From a virus, in the IMG/VR virus record IMGVR_UViG_3300008050_000022, positions 32,001 to 96,000 of that record: a stretch of 64,000 nucleotides of DNA. One strand, given 5' to 3'. The translations under genes and the position numbers were made by a program. The notes under the pieces are model-generated. The model made no database searches and was not told where the DNA came from. It saw only the letters and a program-made list of their open reading frames with translations. The number at the start of each line of letters is the position of its first letter. The first letter of the stretch is position 1. Below, piece by piece: positions 18,712 through 29,200 of the stretch.

Positions 18712-19511
18712 GGTTCAAGAAACAGAGTTGTGCAGGTTGTGCCCTCGTGGCCGCCTGTGACGAAGCCGAGAATGTCGGCGCGGGTGAGATCTCCAGGGGA
18801 CATTCCTGCTCTTCCTGGAAGGAGGCAACTGCTCCTACGATCGCAGCTCGCAAAGACGCCATAGAGACGCTGGGGATGATCGGACTCAAGGCCATCCTCG
18901 ACGTGCCAACCACCAAGATCCATAGCGGAGACATGATGAGCGACAAAGAGACACGAACGACAGAGCTGGGCGACCTGAGCCGTCCCCAGCTGAAGACCGA
19001 GCTGTACAACATCCTCGCGGAGCTGAAGGGCAAGGACCTCCAGGCCGCGTTGAAGGTGTACAACCCCGAGACGAAGTGGAACAGCGACGACGTGCTGGCC
19101 CTCAAGGAGGCGAAGCGTGCGGGCATCCGCACCAAGCCCGACCGTCTGATCGAGGTGATTCTCGGCCTCGAGTTCCCGGAGAAGCCCAAGACGACCCGTC
19201 GTCGCAAGGCCGCGGAGAAGGAGCCCGAGGAGACTGAGGAGGCTCCGAAGAAGACGACTCGCCGCCGCCGTACCACGAAGAAGGAAGAGCCGAAGGCGGA
19301 TCCGATCGAGGTCAGCTTCGACGCGGAGGCTTTCATGGATGCGCTCATCGAGAAGATCGGCCCGTCCCTGAACGGGATCGCCGACGCGGTCGAGGCGCTG
19401 CAGAAGGACGTGAGCGCGCTCAAGACGGGTCAGACCGTCCTGGGTGTGGCGACTGTCGATGAAGAGATCGAGAGCCACGACGACCTGAAGGCGTTCCTCG
19501 AGGAGGGGTAG
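18708..19511 (+). CDS. Hypothetical protein: N-terminal Cys domain plus a highly expressed K/R/E-rich C-terminal part (likely internal start at 18933/18936)
   Basis: GTGA coupling; internal GGAG-ac-ATGATG; histone-like KKTTRRRR stretches. Confidence 0.7.
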   Translation: MRFKKQSCAGCALVAACDEAENVGAGEISRGHSCSSWKEATAPTIAARKDAIETLGMIGLKAILDVPTTKIHSGDMMSDKETRTTELGDLSRPQLKTELYNILAELKGKDLQAALKVYNPETKWNSDDVLALKEAKRAGIRTKPDRLIEVILGLEFPEKPKTTRRRKAAEKEPEETEEAPKKTTRRRRTTKKEEPKADPIEVSFDAEAFMDALIEKIGPSLNGIADAVEALQKDVSALKTGQTVLGVATVDEEIESHDDLKAFLEEG

Positions 19512-19513
19512 AT

Positions 19514-19572
19514 ACCCGACCTGCTGGGAGGCCAGCCCTCCCCCCTAAGACGGGGGAGGGTTCAGGTCGGGT
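19514..19572 (+). other. Predicted three-way-junction RNA structure just after the stop codon
   Basis: ACCCGACCTG/CAGGTCGGGT outer stem enclosing CTGG/CCAG and CCCTCCCCC/GGGGGAGGG hairpins. Confidence 0.6.
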
Positions 19573-19603
19573 TAGGCCGCCTGGGGAAGGCGAGCTGATC
19601 GAG

Positions 19604-19786
19604 TTGACCTCTGAGGATCTCCGATCCATGACGGACTTGGAGCTCATCGACTTCTGCTCCAACGAAGTCGGGATGGTGCTGGAAGACGAGGACCTGGTTC
19701 GCCGAGGCGACAAGGTGATCGGCTGCAAGAGAAGCCGCCTGTACACCAGGCTGATGAGATTCGCGTACGACGTCCGGCCTCTCTAA
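19604..19786 (+). CDS. Small hypothetical protein (possibly a -1 frameshift extension of the upstream gene)
   Basis: Coding-like codons; frame open back to 19463; weak RBS. Confidence 0.55.
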   Translation: MTSEDLRSMTDLELIDFCSNEVGMVLEDEDLVRRGDKVIGCKRSRLYTRLMRFAYDVRPL

Positions 19787-19787
19787 G

Positions 19788-19818
19788 GGTCGGGCGTCTG
19801 CGCCCTCACCGCTTTTTA
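19788..19818 (+). terminator. Rho-independent terminator ending the replication operon
   Basis: GGGCG-TCTG-CGCCC stem followed by CTTTTTAG at the convergent junction. Confidence 0.55.
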
Positions 19819-20030
19819 GCTATTTCCGCGATCTTGTTCAGATGCTGTGCGTAGCTAGAGCTACGCCGGCGTACCTGCACACCCCGCTTACGAGCTCGGG
19901 CGGGCATGGCCGCCACGATGTCTGCTGGAGGAGAGCCCTTGTGCTTCGGAGCGGGGGCTTGTTCGGGCAGCACATGCTTCATGGCCTGAGCCGCAGCCTT
20001 AGCCAGCTTGATGGGGTCCGACACGATCAC
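19806..20030 (-). CDS. Small basic protein with KLA/KIA motifs
   Basis: GTGA coupling to the upstream stop; ..PIKLAKAAA...HLNKIAEIAKKR. Confidence 0.55.
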   Translation of the reverse strand: MIVSDPIKLAKAAAQAMKHVLPEQAPAPKHKGSPPADIVAAMPARARKRGVQVRRRSSSYAQHLNKIAEIAKKR

Positions 20031-23000
20031 GGGTTGATCCGGTTGTACTGGCAACCGAGCGTGGCTCCCAGGAACTTGAACCGAGTAATTTGCTTAACCG
20101 CTGTGAACACCGTCGCCGACGCAGCGTTCGCCGAGATATCGGACGCAAGCCCGATCCGCATACCCGAGGTCCCGTCGGGGTTATCGACCAGGTAATGATT
20201 CACGTCCTGGTTGACTCCACCGCCCTTACCCCAGCAACGAAGCACTAGGGCGTAAGAGAACTGCCGCCTGTCCACATGAGCAGGGTTGAGAACAGTGACC
20301 TGCGGATCCTCTACCTCGGTGTAGAGCTCCTCATGCAGATCAAGCTTCAGCAGATACTGTCGATCTGTTCGAACGTCCTGGTTGATCTCATTCCCATCGC
20401 ATTTTTGGTCTATGGACTTTGTAGTGGGAGCCACTCCCTCCATCCAAGGGATGTCGACCTCCTTGGAGAGGATCACTTCGGAGAAGCCGTGGGCAATGCT
20501 GCTCACTACTGCCGCCCCCACCTCTCGTTCCTCGTCAAAGGCGTTCTCCGTCGGGGAGACCCAGTACCTGTGGAGCTCTAGGAGGAAGCCGATATCACTT
20601 GCTGACGCCTGCGTCATCCCTCCCGGAGTGCAGGAGGTTCCGTAGAAAATTCCTCCGTCCGGAGTCCAGGAACCTTCCACATCCTTCCCCCCAGGACGGT
20701 AACCGAATCCGACTGTCAACGAGGACAGGATGGATCCGTGAGGGGGATCCAATCGGATGATGTGGCCCACCATCGGGGGGAAGCAACCCAGCCCGTCATC
20801 CAACGGGCTCTGCGGCATGAATCTGTCATGGACAAAGTTGAAGCACGCGGAGTGCTTGCCCCTTCTCCAGTACAGGTAAGGATCTGCTAGATCTAGGAAG
20901 TTCTCCCCCGTCAGCTTGACCTCACCGTCTAAATGCAGTACACGCCTTCCCGCCAGGAAGGCCATGTTCGGGGGGCTAATCTTCCCCTCATCTCCCGTGA
21001 CAGTGGCGCCGTAGGTCCTGGATCTATCATCCCATGGGACCTCATCACCGTAGCCGCCCTCTGAGTAACACTCTGCACTCTCGGGGCCGTAGGACTTGTA
21101 GTCCATGGCCGTGCCCGCGATGGAGAACCCTGCAGCCAACACCGGCCCCTCGTTCACCAGCACTCCGTGGTGAACGTCTACGGCTTCGGTATCCACTACT
21201 AGGCTGTAGATGAAGAGCTTCTCTTCTCCGGTTCCGGCCTCGTGCTCTACATCACGCATCCAGGTCTGCCCCAGGCCGAGGCGCACCATCACGGGGGTGC
21301 CGTCTGAGAGAGCGTCCGCCGCCGCCTCTCTCAGATCGTCAGGACTGTCGAAGAAGAGCTCCGTAAACGTAGTGACGTCAGGCAGCAGCTGGAACGTCTG
21401 TGCAGGGGCCGCCTCGTTCCAGGGAGCGAAGTTCTGTCCAACAAGGGCGACTGAGATCGTCTTCTCGTCGTCGAAGTTCTGCGTCCCTGACCACCGCAAC
21501 CCGATCTTCACTCGAATCCTGAAATGCCGCTGTCGGACCCACCTAGCTCCGCCAGTATATGCGTGCAGCGTCTCAGGGTCTGCCTCCGCCGTGCCGTTAG
21601 ACCAGTTGAGGAGGATTGCCCCTAGAGGTTCGGAGACGTCGTCGAAAAGGTTGTCTGGGTCCTTGAAATCTGTGCTGAGCCTGAATGTCCCACCGACGCC
21701 ATTGTCCCGGAACACCCACTCCGAGCTGTTAAAATTCAGGTCTCCAAGATCTCCAAGATCTAGGGGCTCGTAGAGGGGGTGCCAGGCCTGGTTAGCGATC
21801 GGCGGACGAGAGGCGTTCTGGAGCGCCCCGAGGAGAGCTTCCTCTTTCCTCGACATGCCTGCGGCGTAGTCATTCAGGAACAGGGTAGGGGGTGAAAGCG
21901 GCCCGTTCGGACCCAGCCCCATCGGGTAGCCCGCCATATCGCGCGCCTTGGAGTCCTTGTCCAGGAACCTGCCGAACGCCCCTAGCTGCTTGAACGCGAT
22001 GTCCGGGTCTTCCCCCGGTGTGGCGGTCATGTAGGTGCCGACAGTGAACCATGACTCGATATCGAGGTTCGCCCAGTGCCACCGGTTACCTAGAACCGTA
22101 ATCCTCTGGTTAGCAGAAGCGTCCGCAGTCAGGGCCGTAGCTCCTACGTAATCAGGGTGATACACCTCGAACAGGTGGTACCTGTAGCCTAGCCCAGTGA
22201 TCGACTCGTCCAGAGACACGTTGACGATCACGTAGTCCCCCGCCTTCGCGGCATTGGCTCCGGCTAGATCATAGAGTCTTGCGATCTGCCCGACGAATGC
22301 TGACGGATCCTCGACCGGCGTACCTGGATGCGTGTAGAAACGCACGAACCCGCTGGTTCTAGCTGATCTGGACGAGGCAGCGTCCGGAGCCTCGATAGTG
22401 CAGAGATGTCCTCCCGTACCTCGATACGGGAGAACCCGCCCTGGCTGACCCAATCGGGCCGAGATCCGCTCTTCCAGAACAGCGGGGTTCCCTTCTCGAG
22501 CCACATCGTGGTTGGTCTCCCAGTACCGCATCCACGGCTCAGACATGGGGGAGTTCGAGAACCTGGACGTGCTAGACAGCTCCGAGTACGTGCCTCCGTA
22601 CATCTCGTGCAGGTTTTCTCCGTCCGGCCAGGAGATCCGGGGATCCCACTGGTAGACGCCGCCCATGATTTCGAGGGCACCGCCCTGCATCATAGACCAC
22701 CTGTCCTCTCGAACGATGACGCCTGTAGCCTTGCCATCCACGAATGTGATGTCGTCTGGATTCGGAAGGTCGGCGTGGGCTCCACCGGTCTGCCAGCCCA
22801 CCGCTACGAACGCGGAGTCGGTGCCCACCTGCGCCAGGTATAGCGCGGTGCCCATCATGGAAGGACTGGCCTTAGTGCCGTCCATGGAGTACGTGTCTGC
22901 GATCAGAGCGCCGGCCCAGCCGCCCCTCTTAACCGTATCCGCGTCCTCAGAATCTCCGTAGTGCCGAGCAAGGAATCCTCTGGCCGGCTCGGTAGTCGCG

Positions 23001-25627
23001 ATGTCTGTAGCAGGACCTCGCGTCAGCCCCAGCCCCAGCCCCTTTGAGAGCAAGTCCGGGTCGTTCAGGCGCATGACGATGCCGGAGGACGTACCTCTCC
23101 AGTCAATCCCTACGACGCCCATGTGGGCAGAGTCGGCAGTGCGATCGTCTGACCACTCCTTCGCATCGTCGAAGAAGAGGTTGGCGATTCGGACATCTAG
23201 ATCGGCAGCGTAGCCGTCAGCTACCAGGTACTTCAGTAGCGCGAAGCCTTGAGTCGGCAAGTACAGGTGACCTCGAGCCGTGCTCGTAGCGTCGAAGTTC
23301 GGACGGGTGCCGTCGAAGTTCTGGAGGTACACCCGGAGAGGTACACCAGCGATTCGGTTGACGACGTACCAGCCATCATTCCCTTGCCCCTCTGTGATCC
23401 TGATGATCGACGGGGTGATCGACGGGTCCTTTACGTCATCCTCGAATGCTCGAATGTTCGACGTGGTGGTAGGGTTCATCCCTGCGGGGAACGTGACGCT
23501 GTTGTCTCCGCCGGCGAACTCCACATCGAACACATCCATCGGTAGTGCTGCGGCGTCCTCGTGAGTGCCGCACTCACGAAGGCCGAGCATGTGGTGCCCG
23601 TACTCCCTGCCCGCAACCCGATCCTCCTCATGGACGTAGCCCAGCCGACCGTAGCTGTTCGACTGCAGTACGTGGGTGCTCATCGATGCAGGGAAGCCGT
23701 TGAAACGGTCCTGCATGATCGAGTAGGAGTAGGAGCCTCCTGTGGGGATAGCCGGGTTGTTCTCTCCCGGCTCCACCACGACGTGTTCTGCGTCCAAGTA
23801 GTCGATGATGCAGAAGGACTGGTAGTTCCTCAGGGATCCACCGATCCCTCCAGGAATCACCATGAACTCTCGGCCAACATCGTCTAGAGAGAAGTTCTCT
23901 CCGGTGATGTAGACCACGTTGCCGGCCTGGATCGTAGCGGTGACTCCAGTCCTGTTGGACGTGCCTGCCTGCGGGGTCTTCGGCGTGAGGTTGTTCCACT
24001 CCGGGGCGTTCCAGTCCACGTTGACGAAGTACCCGCCACCACCGCCACGTCCCTGACCGTCGTAGGCGCCCTGGAGACTGATGCGTCTCCACAGGAGCTC
24101 CATGGTGACGTCGGCCTCACCTGCGTAACCGTTACCGCCAGGCAGAGTGTGGGCGAAGGGAGGCTGGGTGAAGTCGTCCGTGCTGTCCAGCAGCGGGCCC
24201 TTCATCTCCCGGATGACCTTCTGCACCAGGTCGTCTACCTCTTCCGAGGTGGAGAGAGCGATGCGGAGGAGGTGGTCTGTGGGCAGGCTGCAGAGGCTGT
24301 ATCCGCCACCCAGCATGAGCGTGAACTTCGCCGCTCCGGCAGTTGCAGGGATGGGCGGGTCGAAGGTCAGCCACACGTCCTCTGAGAAGAGGCCTCCCTG
24401 GAAGATCTCCACGTTGCCGAAGACTCCGGTACCGGGGTTGAGCTCCCCTCGGTCGCCAGCGTTCGTGGGCCGTAGGAGGATCGTCTCCTCGTCGAAGACC
24501 TGCTCGACCGTGTACGACCCGTCGTGGTTGAAGGGGACGTTGACGGTGGATCCACTGATGGTGGCTACGTCACCAGGTACGACTCCGTCAGTGAGGAACG
24601 TGGCACCTGCACATCGAATGGCAGAGCGGTACAGGATCTCCGAAATGCCGACCGAGGCAGTCTTCTTGACGTTGACGCCTAGCAGTCCCTTGCCGTCCGC
24701 CGGGAGCCACGGGGCGGTCGAGTCCGCCATCGCTACAATCGGAGGATCAGTGTCCGAGCTGCCGAAGTTTGGGGGCGCTCCATTTCTCTGTCCGTGTGTC
24801 ACAGCAGAGACTCTGACAGGGTACCCGCCTACAATGATCTCCACCCTGTTCGGGTCGGTGACCGCGAAGTAGTCGGCGATGTCCTGGAGGCTGGAGTCCT
24901 GATTGTCTAGGCCGATGCCCAGGTACACCCGGTCGGAGAGGCCGGCATTGATCGCAGAGAGTCCACCGACATTGATCTGGTCGATGTTCCCGTCAGACTG
25001 CTTGATTCGAGCGGGCAGCCAAGGGTTGCCTACGGCGACGGAGTCCACCTCCACGATCATCGGGAGGGCTACCTCCCGCTCGAGACAGGCGTTCAAGTAG
25101 TCTGCGTTGACCGACAACGCTCCAGCGACGCGGTTCAAGACGTCCGACGTGACATCCTCTCCGTCGGCGGCCATGTAGGTGCCGACGGGGTTGTTCTCAG
25201 AGCCTCCAGCAGGGGAGTAGGCTCGGTCTCCTCCCTCTACTAGCGCCAGGGGATCAGGACTGACCGGGAAGCCGAGTAGCGCAGAGGCGTCGTTGCCTCC
25301 AGCGTCAACGATCTCTACCGAGGCGCCGTCACCCGAGGCGTTGGAGAGGATGACTACGTAGCCCCCTCGATCCTCTGCACTACCTACAGCGCCTAGAGCG
25401 GTGTTGATGTCTGCGATGATCGTGTTGATCACCAAGCCGCTGAAGCTGAGCGGGATAGCCGCACCACCGTCGATCTTGATCGACATGTCCGCAGGTAGGG
25501 CCATGCCCGGGAACTGCAGAGTGGCGTCGCTGCGTCGGATGGACCCACGGATGGACGGCTGAGCCTGGATCAGCTCTCGGGCATTGCCGCCCAGAATGGG
25601 TCGTCTCGTGTATCGGAGGGACATCAA
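20027..25627 (-). CDS. Very large virion structural protein (baseplate/fibre-associated), 1866 aa
   Basis: Beta-rich G/D/T composition; N-terminal sheath/baseplate-like segment (INTALG...ASALLGF); copies of the GD..I.G..G.Y.V repeat; downstream of baseplate genes. Confidence 0.7.
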   Translation of the reverse strand: MMSLRYTRRPILGGNARELIQAQPSIRGSIRRSDATLQFPGMALPADMSIKIDGGAAIPLSFSGLVINTIIADINTALGAVGSAEDRGGYVVILSNASGDGASVEIVDAGGNDASALLGFPVSPDPLALVEGGDRAYSPAGGSENNPVGTYMAADGEDVTSDVLNRVAGALSVNADYLNACLEREVALPMIVEVDSVAVGNPWLPARIKQSDGNIDQINVGGLSAINAGLSDRVYLGIGLDNQDSSLQDIADYFAVTDPNRVEIIVGGYPVRVSAVTHGQRNGAPPNFGSSDTDPPIVAMADSTAPWLPADGKGLLGVNVKKTASVGISEILYRSAIRCAGATFLTDGVVPGDVATISGSTVNVPFNHDGSYTVEQVFDEETILLRPTNAGDRGELNPGTGVFGNVEIFQGGLFSEDVWLTFDPPIPATAGAAKFTLMLGGGYSLCSLPTDHLLRIALSTSEEVDDLVQKVIREMKGPLLDSTDDFTQPPFAHTLPGGNGYAGEADVTMELLWRRISLQGAYDGQGRGGGGGYFVNVDWNAPEWNNLTPKTPQAGTSNRTGVTATIQAGNVVYITGENFSLDDVGREFMVIPGGIGGSLRNYQSFCIIDYLDAEHVVVEPGENNPAIPTGGSYSYSIMQDRFNGFPASMSTHVLQSNSYGRLGYVHEEDRVAGREYGHHMLGLRECGTHEDAAALPMDVFDVEFAGGDNSVTFPAGMNPTTTSNIRAFEDDVKDPSITPSIIRITEGQGNDGWYVVNRIAGVPLRVYLQNFDGTRPNFDATSTARGHLYLPTQGFALLKYLVADGYAADLDVRIANLFFDDAKEWSDDRTADSAHMGVVGIDWRGTSSGIVMRLNDPDLLSKGLGLGLTRGPATDIATTEPARGFLARHYGDSEDADTVKRGGWAGALIADTYSMDGTKASPSMMGTALYLAQVGTDSAFVAVGWQTGGAHADLPNPDDITFVDGKATGVIVREDRWSMMQGGALEIMGGVYQWDPRISWPDGENLHEMYGGTYSELSSTSRFSNSPMSEPWMRYWETNHDVAREGNPAVLEERISARLGQPGRVLPYRGTGGHLCTIEAPDAASSRSARTSGFVRFYTHPGTPVEDPSAFVGQIARLYDLAGANAAKAGDYVIVNVSLDESITGLGYRYHLFEVYHPDYVGATALTADASANQRITVLGNRWHWANLDIESWFTVGTYMTATPGEDPDIAFKQLGAFGRFLDKDSKARDMAGYPMGLGPNGPLSPPTLFLNDYAAGMSRKEEALLGALQNASRPPIANQAWHPLYEPLDLGDLGDLNFNSSEWVFRDNGVGGTFRLSTDFKDPDNLFDDVSEPLGAILLNWSNGTAEADPETLHAYTGGARWVRQRHFRIRVKIGLRWSGTQNFDDEKTISVALVGQNFAPWNEAAPAQTFQLLPDVTTFTELFFDSPDDLREAAADALSDGTPVMVRLGLGQTWMRDVEHEAGTGEEKLFIYSLVVDTEAVDVHHGVLVNEGPVLAAGFSIAGTAMDYKSYGPESAECYSEGGYGDEVPWDDRSRTYGATVTGDEGKISPPNMAFLAGRRVLHLDGEVKLTGENFLDLADPYLYWRRGKHSACFNFVHDRFMPQSPLDDGLGCFPPMVGHIIRLDPPHGSILSSLTVGFGYRPGGKDVEGSWTPDGGIFYGTSCTPGGMTQASASDIGFLLELHRYWVSPTENAFDEEREVGAAVVSSIAHGFSEVILSKEVDIPWMEGVAPTTKSIDQKCDGNEINQDVRTDRQYLLKLDLHEELYTEVEDPQVTVLNPAHVDRRQFSYALVLRCWGKGGGVNQDVNHYLVDNPDGTSGMRIGLASDISANAASATVFTAVKQITRFKFLGATLGCQYNRINP

Positions 25628-26268
25628 ACCACCCGGAGTTCGTAGATGACCTCTAGCGTACGCCCAGTCGTCTTGGTGAAGGGGTCGAAGGTCTTGTAGC
25701 CAACCGGAGCGGTCAGCTTAGCCGTGTCGAATGCCGTAGGACGCGGAGGGATGTTGCTGTTGGCTGGATCACCGTCCGTGAAGCAGCCGAATTCAGTGAG
25801 TACGACTGGGCCGGCCAGGCTGATCTCTGTCTCGGCGTATTCTCGGATGAGCTGCACCGAGGTCTTCGGGGTACCCAGACTGACGGAGGGGAAAGTGGCA
25901 GGGACCTGAGCCGCTGCCAGGAACTCTCCTGCGACGTAGGGAACAGGATCCACCAGGCGAGCTACCGCAGCTACCTCAGGGGTAGAGCCGGTGCCTAGGC
26001 CGAAGTACAACAGAGCGTCATCACGATTCTTGGTACGCGTAGGAACCAGCGAGGCCAGGCTGATGGTCTCGACGATGTACTCACGACCCGTCAGGGTCCA
26101 GATGTTGTGTCCTTCCCGGCGGCTACCGGGAACGATCTTCCCCCGTTCCCGCATAAGGCACGAGAAGTGGCCCCCGATGGTGGGGCCGTCGTGGGGCGGG
26201 GTGTCAGGCGACGGACCACGGCCACCGAAGAAGAGCCTGTCTGCGATCCTTGCGAAGTCTTTGAACAT
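25624..26268 (-). CDS. Tail-collar/baseplate structural protein
   Basis: HNIWT..GR, GLGTG, LTEFGCF, YKTF.PFTKT...L.V.YELR pattern of tail-fibre N-terminal/collar domains. Confidence 0.6.
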   Translation of the reverse strand: MFKDFARIADRLFFGGRGPSPDTPPHDGPTIGGHFSCLMRERGKIVPGSRREGHNIWTLTGREYIVETISLASLVPTRTKNRDDALLYFGLGTGSTPEVAAVARLVDPVPYVAGEFLAAAQVPATFPSVSLGTPKTSVQLIREYAETEISLAGPVVLTEFGCFTDGDPANSNIPPRPTAFDTAKLTAPVGYKTFDPFTKTTGRTLEVIYELRVV

Positions 26269-26270
26269 TC

Positions 26271-29200
26271 TTACCTCACTACGCGGAGAAGCCTACCAGT
26301 TACCGCTCCAGCCGGAGCCGGAGCGTTCGTCAGGTCGAAGGTCGTGGCTGCGGTCACAGTAGAGATCACGTACTGCCCCGCATCGACTCCGTCCAAGATC
26401 TCAAAGAGATCCCCTGGATTCAGCTGGTTGTTCACTAGATCGCCTCCCAAGTACGTTACCGTATCTCCTGCGATGGTGAACGCCAAGTCGTCATCCAGCA
26501 CCTCTACCGTGGCCGGAACCACGGACGTCTGCAGATCAGTCTCGAGGGTAAGGTCGTTCCCGGACACGCCAGCGATCTTGTATACACCGGAGTTGTCCCC
26601 TACGACCTGCACATAGTGGCCTATCGCAGCGCCGCCAGCCTGGAAGTCGGTACCGGCAGAGGAAAGCACTCTGCCGCTGGCTGTGACGTCAGCGATGCCT
26701 GTCAAGGCACCTACTACTGCTCGAGGGCGCTCCATCACCAGCGTCAGCTGATCCTTCAGGGACCAGTGCTTGAGCTGGTTGAGTAGCATGCCACCGCCCT
26801 CACCCAGACCCTTAGTACGTCGGATCTCCCAGTCTGCTCCGCCGTAGTTGGCAGGTGGGGGAGGGCGAACGTACAGCTCGGTAGCGCTAATCACGTCCAA
26901 GACCTGATACGTGCCAGCACTGGGCCCGTCCAGGATGCGGAGCTCGTCGAAGGTCTGTAGTAGCTCGAGGTCGAAGTTCTGGGCAGCGACGGAGACCTGG
27001 TTGCTCCCAGCCACCGTTGCCATGTTCTTCTGGCCGCTGAGGATGGGGTTGGTGCGGAGACACTCCCTCACGATGCTGTACACGGCAGATGAAGACGCTG
27101 CGGGAGTCGGGTCGATGCGGAGAGTGGTCCAAGGGAATACGCCGCTAGTAGTCTCCCAAGGATTCGGCCCAATTCCTGGATTGATCATCTCCGTGATCGT
27201 GTAGACCTCCCGGTTAGCGGTGTCCCAGATGATCAGCTTGTCACCTACCGCGACCCCCTCCGTGTAGAAGCCGTTCAGCCCGTCCACCACGGTGTTGACA
27301 CCTGCTGACATGGTGAGCTTCGACCCATTCGTGATCTCGTACCCGGTGGGCCGGTACACGAAGAAGGTCTGAGCCGTGTCCGCCTGAAGCCCATCGACAC
27401 CCGGAGCTGCGAAGGGGTAGGTGGTGTGCTGCTTGATCACCAGGTCGGTGTCGGAGCTAACGCTGTCTACCTCGTACCAGCCCGCGTTCTGCCCTAGAGG
27501 GATGTACAGCAGGTCACCTGCACGTACCAGGGGATCGTTGTGCCACACCGTCAATGCCGAGTAGGCGGGGTGAGGGGCGTTCGCTAGCGGGGCCTGGAAC
27601 CCTCCTCGCACGGAGGACACGGTGGCCGTGGCTCCGGCACCGTCAGGCGTCACCAGGTCCCAGCCTGCGAACATCTGCCGAGACATGAGGGGAGGGGCCC
27701 CTAGGAAGTTCAGGTGGAAGCCTAGCCCGTTGTGGGCATCCAGCTGAGCGGTGGCCTCGATGGGGAAGATGTCGTCGGTGAGGTACTGCTTACCGTGGGT
27801 GTAGAGCGTGTCCTGGATCTCCATGTCATCGGTGAGCGGCTTCACCATCTTGGCGACCACATCGACCCAAGCAGGGTCGAACACCTTGACGAACTGGGCC
27901 GCCAGATCCAAGTCATCTGGGTTCACTACGTCGATGCTCGCTCGCAGAGACCACCGGTGGTACTTCTGAAGCTCTGCGGACGAGGCGCCCTGGTGATACT
28001 CCCCCTTCCACCAGTCGGGATCGTTCACGTAATCCGAGACGACGACCCCCTTGGACAGGGCAGCAAACCGCTCCACCGTATCCCCGACCTTGTATGTCTC
28101 CCCTGTCGCAGGATTGGTCTCGAGCCCTGCAAAGTCAACTACGTCGTCAGCATTCAGGGGCGGGAAGAAGTAGATCCTCACCAGCCCTGTGCCCACCCCA
28201 TCATCATCCAGGTCTTCTACAAGGATCCTTCCCAACGAGGGCAGCCCGGTGTCGGGGTCCAGGGAGTAGTCCTCCTTGATGTCCAGGATCTGCCCCCGCA
28301 CGTCAGCGACCGGCAGCCCTAGAAGGATCTGCACACCGAGGCGGATGTTGCCCTCCTTGGGTCCATTGGCCCAGGCGTACATGAGGCCCAGTACCGCTTC
28401 TCGGTAGGTGGTAGAGCTGGTGTTCCTGGAACTGAGATCCTCCTCGGAGAAGGAGACCATCATTCCGAAGTTGTCTTCGATGACCTCTGAGTTGTCCAGG
28501 AAGGTCACCTCCGCCCACAGCCGGTCAGGGGCAGGGGCAGTCACTGAAAACGTGCCAGGAACGAAGCGAATGAACGTGCCAGACGTGCTCCGCTCCAGTG
28601 TGTACGGCAACGCAGTGTCAGTGAACAGGAAGGCGGCCCCCGTAAGAGAGTTCAACACCTGCAGCTGCGTCTCTGACAACACCTGGACTATGGTGTAGTC
28701 GAGCTCCAACACCTTCAACGTGTCGCCTATTCGGACGTTCCGGCTGAGGAATCTTCCGGCTGCCGAGGTGAATGTCGGAGACCCTAGAGTGGTCGCACCA
28801 TCTCGTCCGGAGAAGTCCATCTCCCCGTCAACTACGTACTCCAGGTTCTCCGTGAGCGACACCGGGATGTTGGGCACCTGTGTAAGCGCCCCATCCCGAC
28901 TTGCCACGTGCACGTCTCCGTCCTGGAGCGACACGAAGGGGGTAGCGATGTACTCCCGCAGGCCGGGGATAGCTCGAGTCTTTTCGTCTACGAGGATGAG
29001 AGAGTTCCGAATGATTCCCTGAGCAGCGACGTAGAAAGTGTGCCCCGCAATCGTAACGGGCTCCCCGAACTCGACGGGGATGTTGTGGTACATGGCAGAG
29101 AACTGGTAGCTGCGAACTCCAGTATTCAGGGACGCAGCATCCCCCTCCAGGACCAGGTCCCCCAGCCCATTCCGAGTGGCTCCTGCTACCCCCAAGCTCT

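Noticed and set aside
19514-19572. Hammerhead or other self-cleaving ribozyme
   Set aside because: The three-way junction lacks the CUGANGA and GAAA core.
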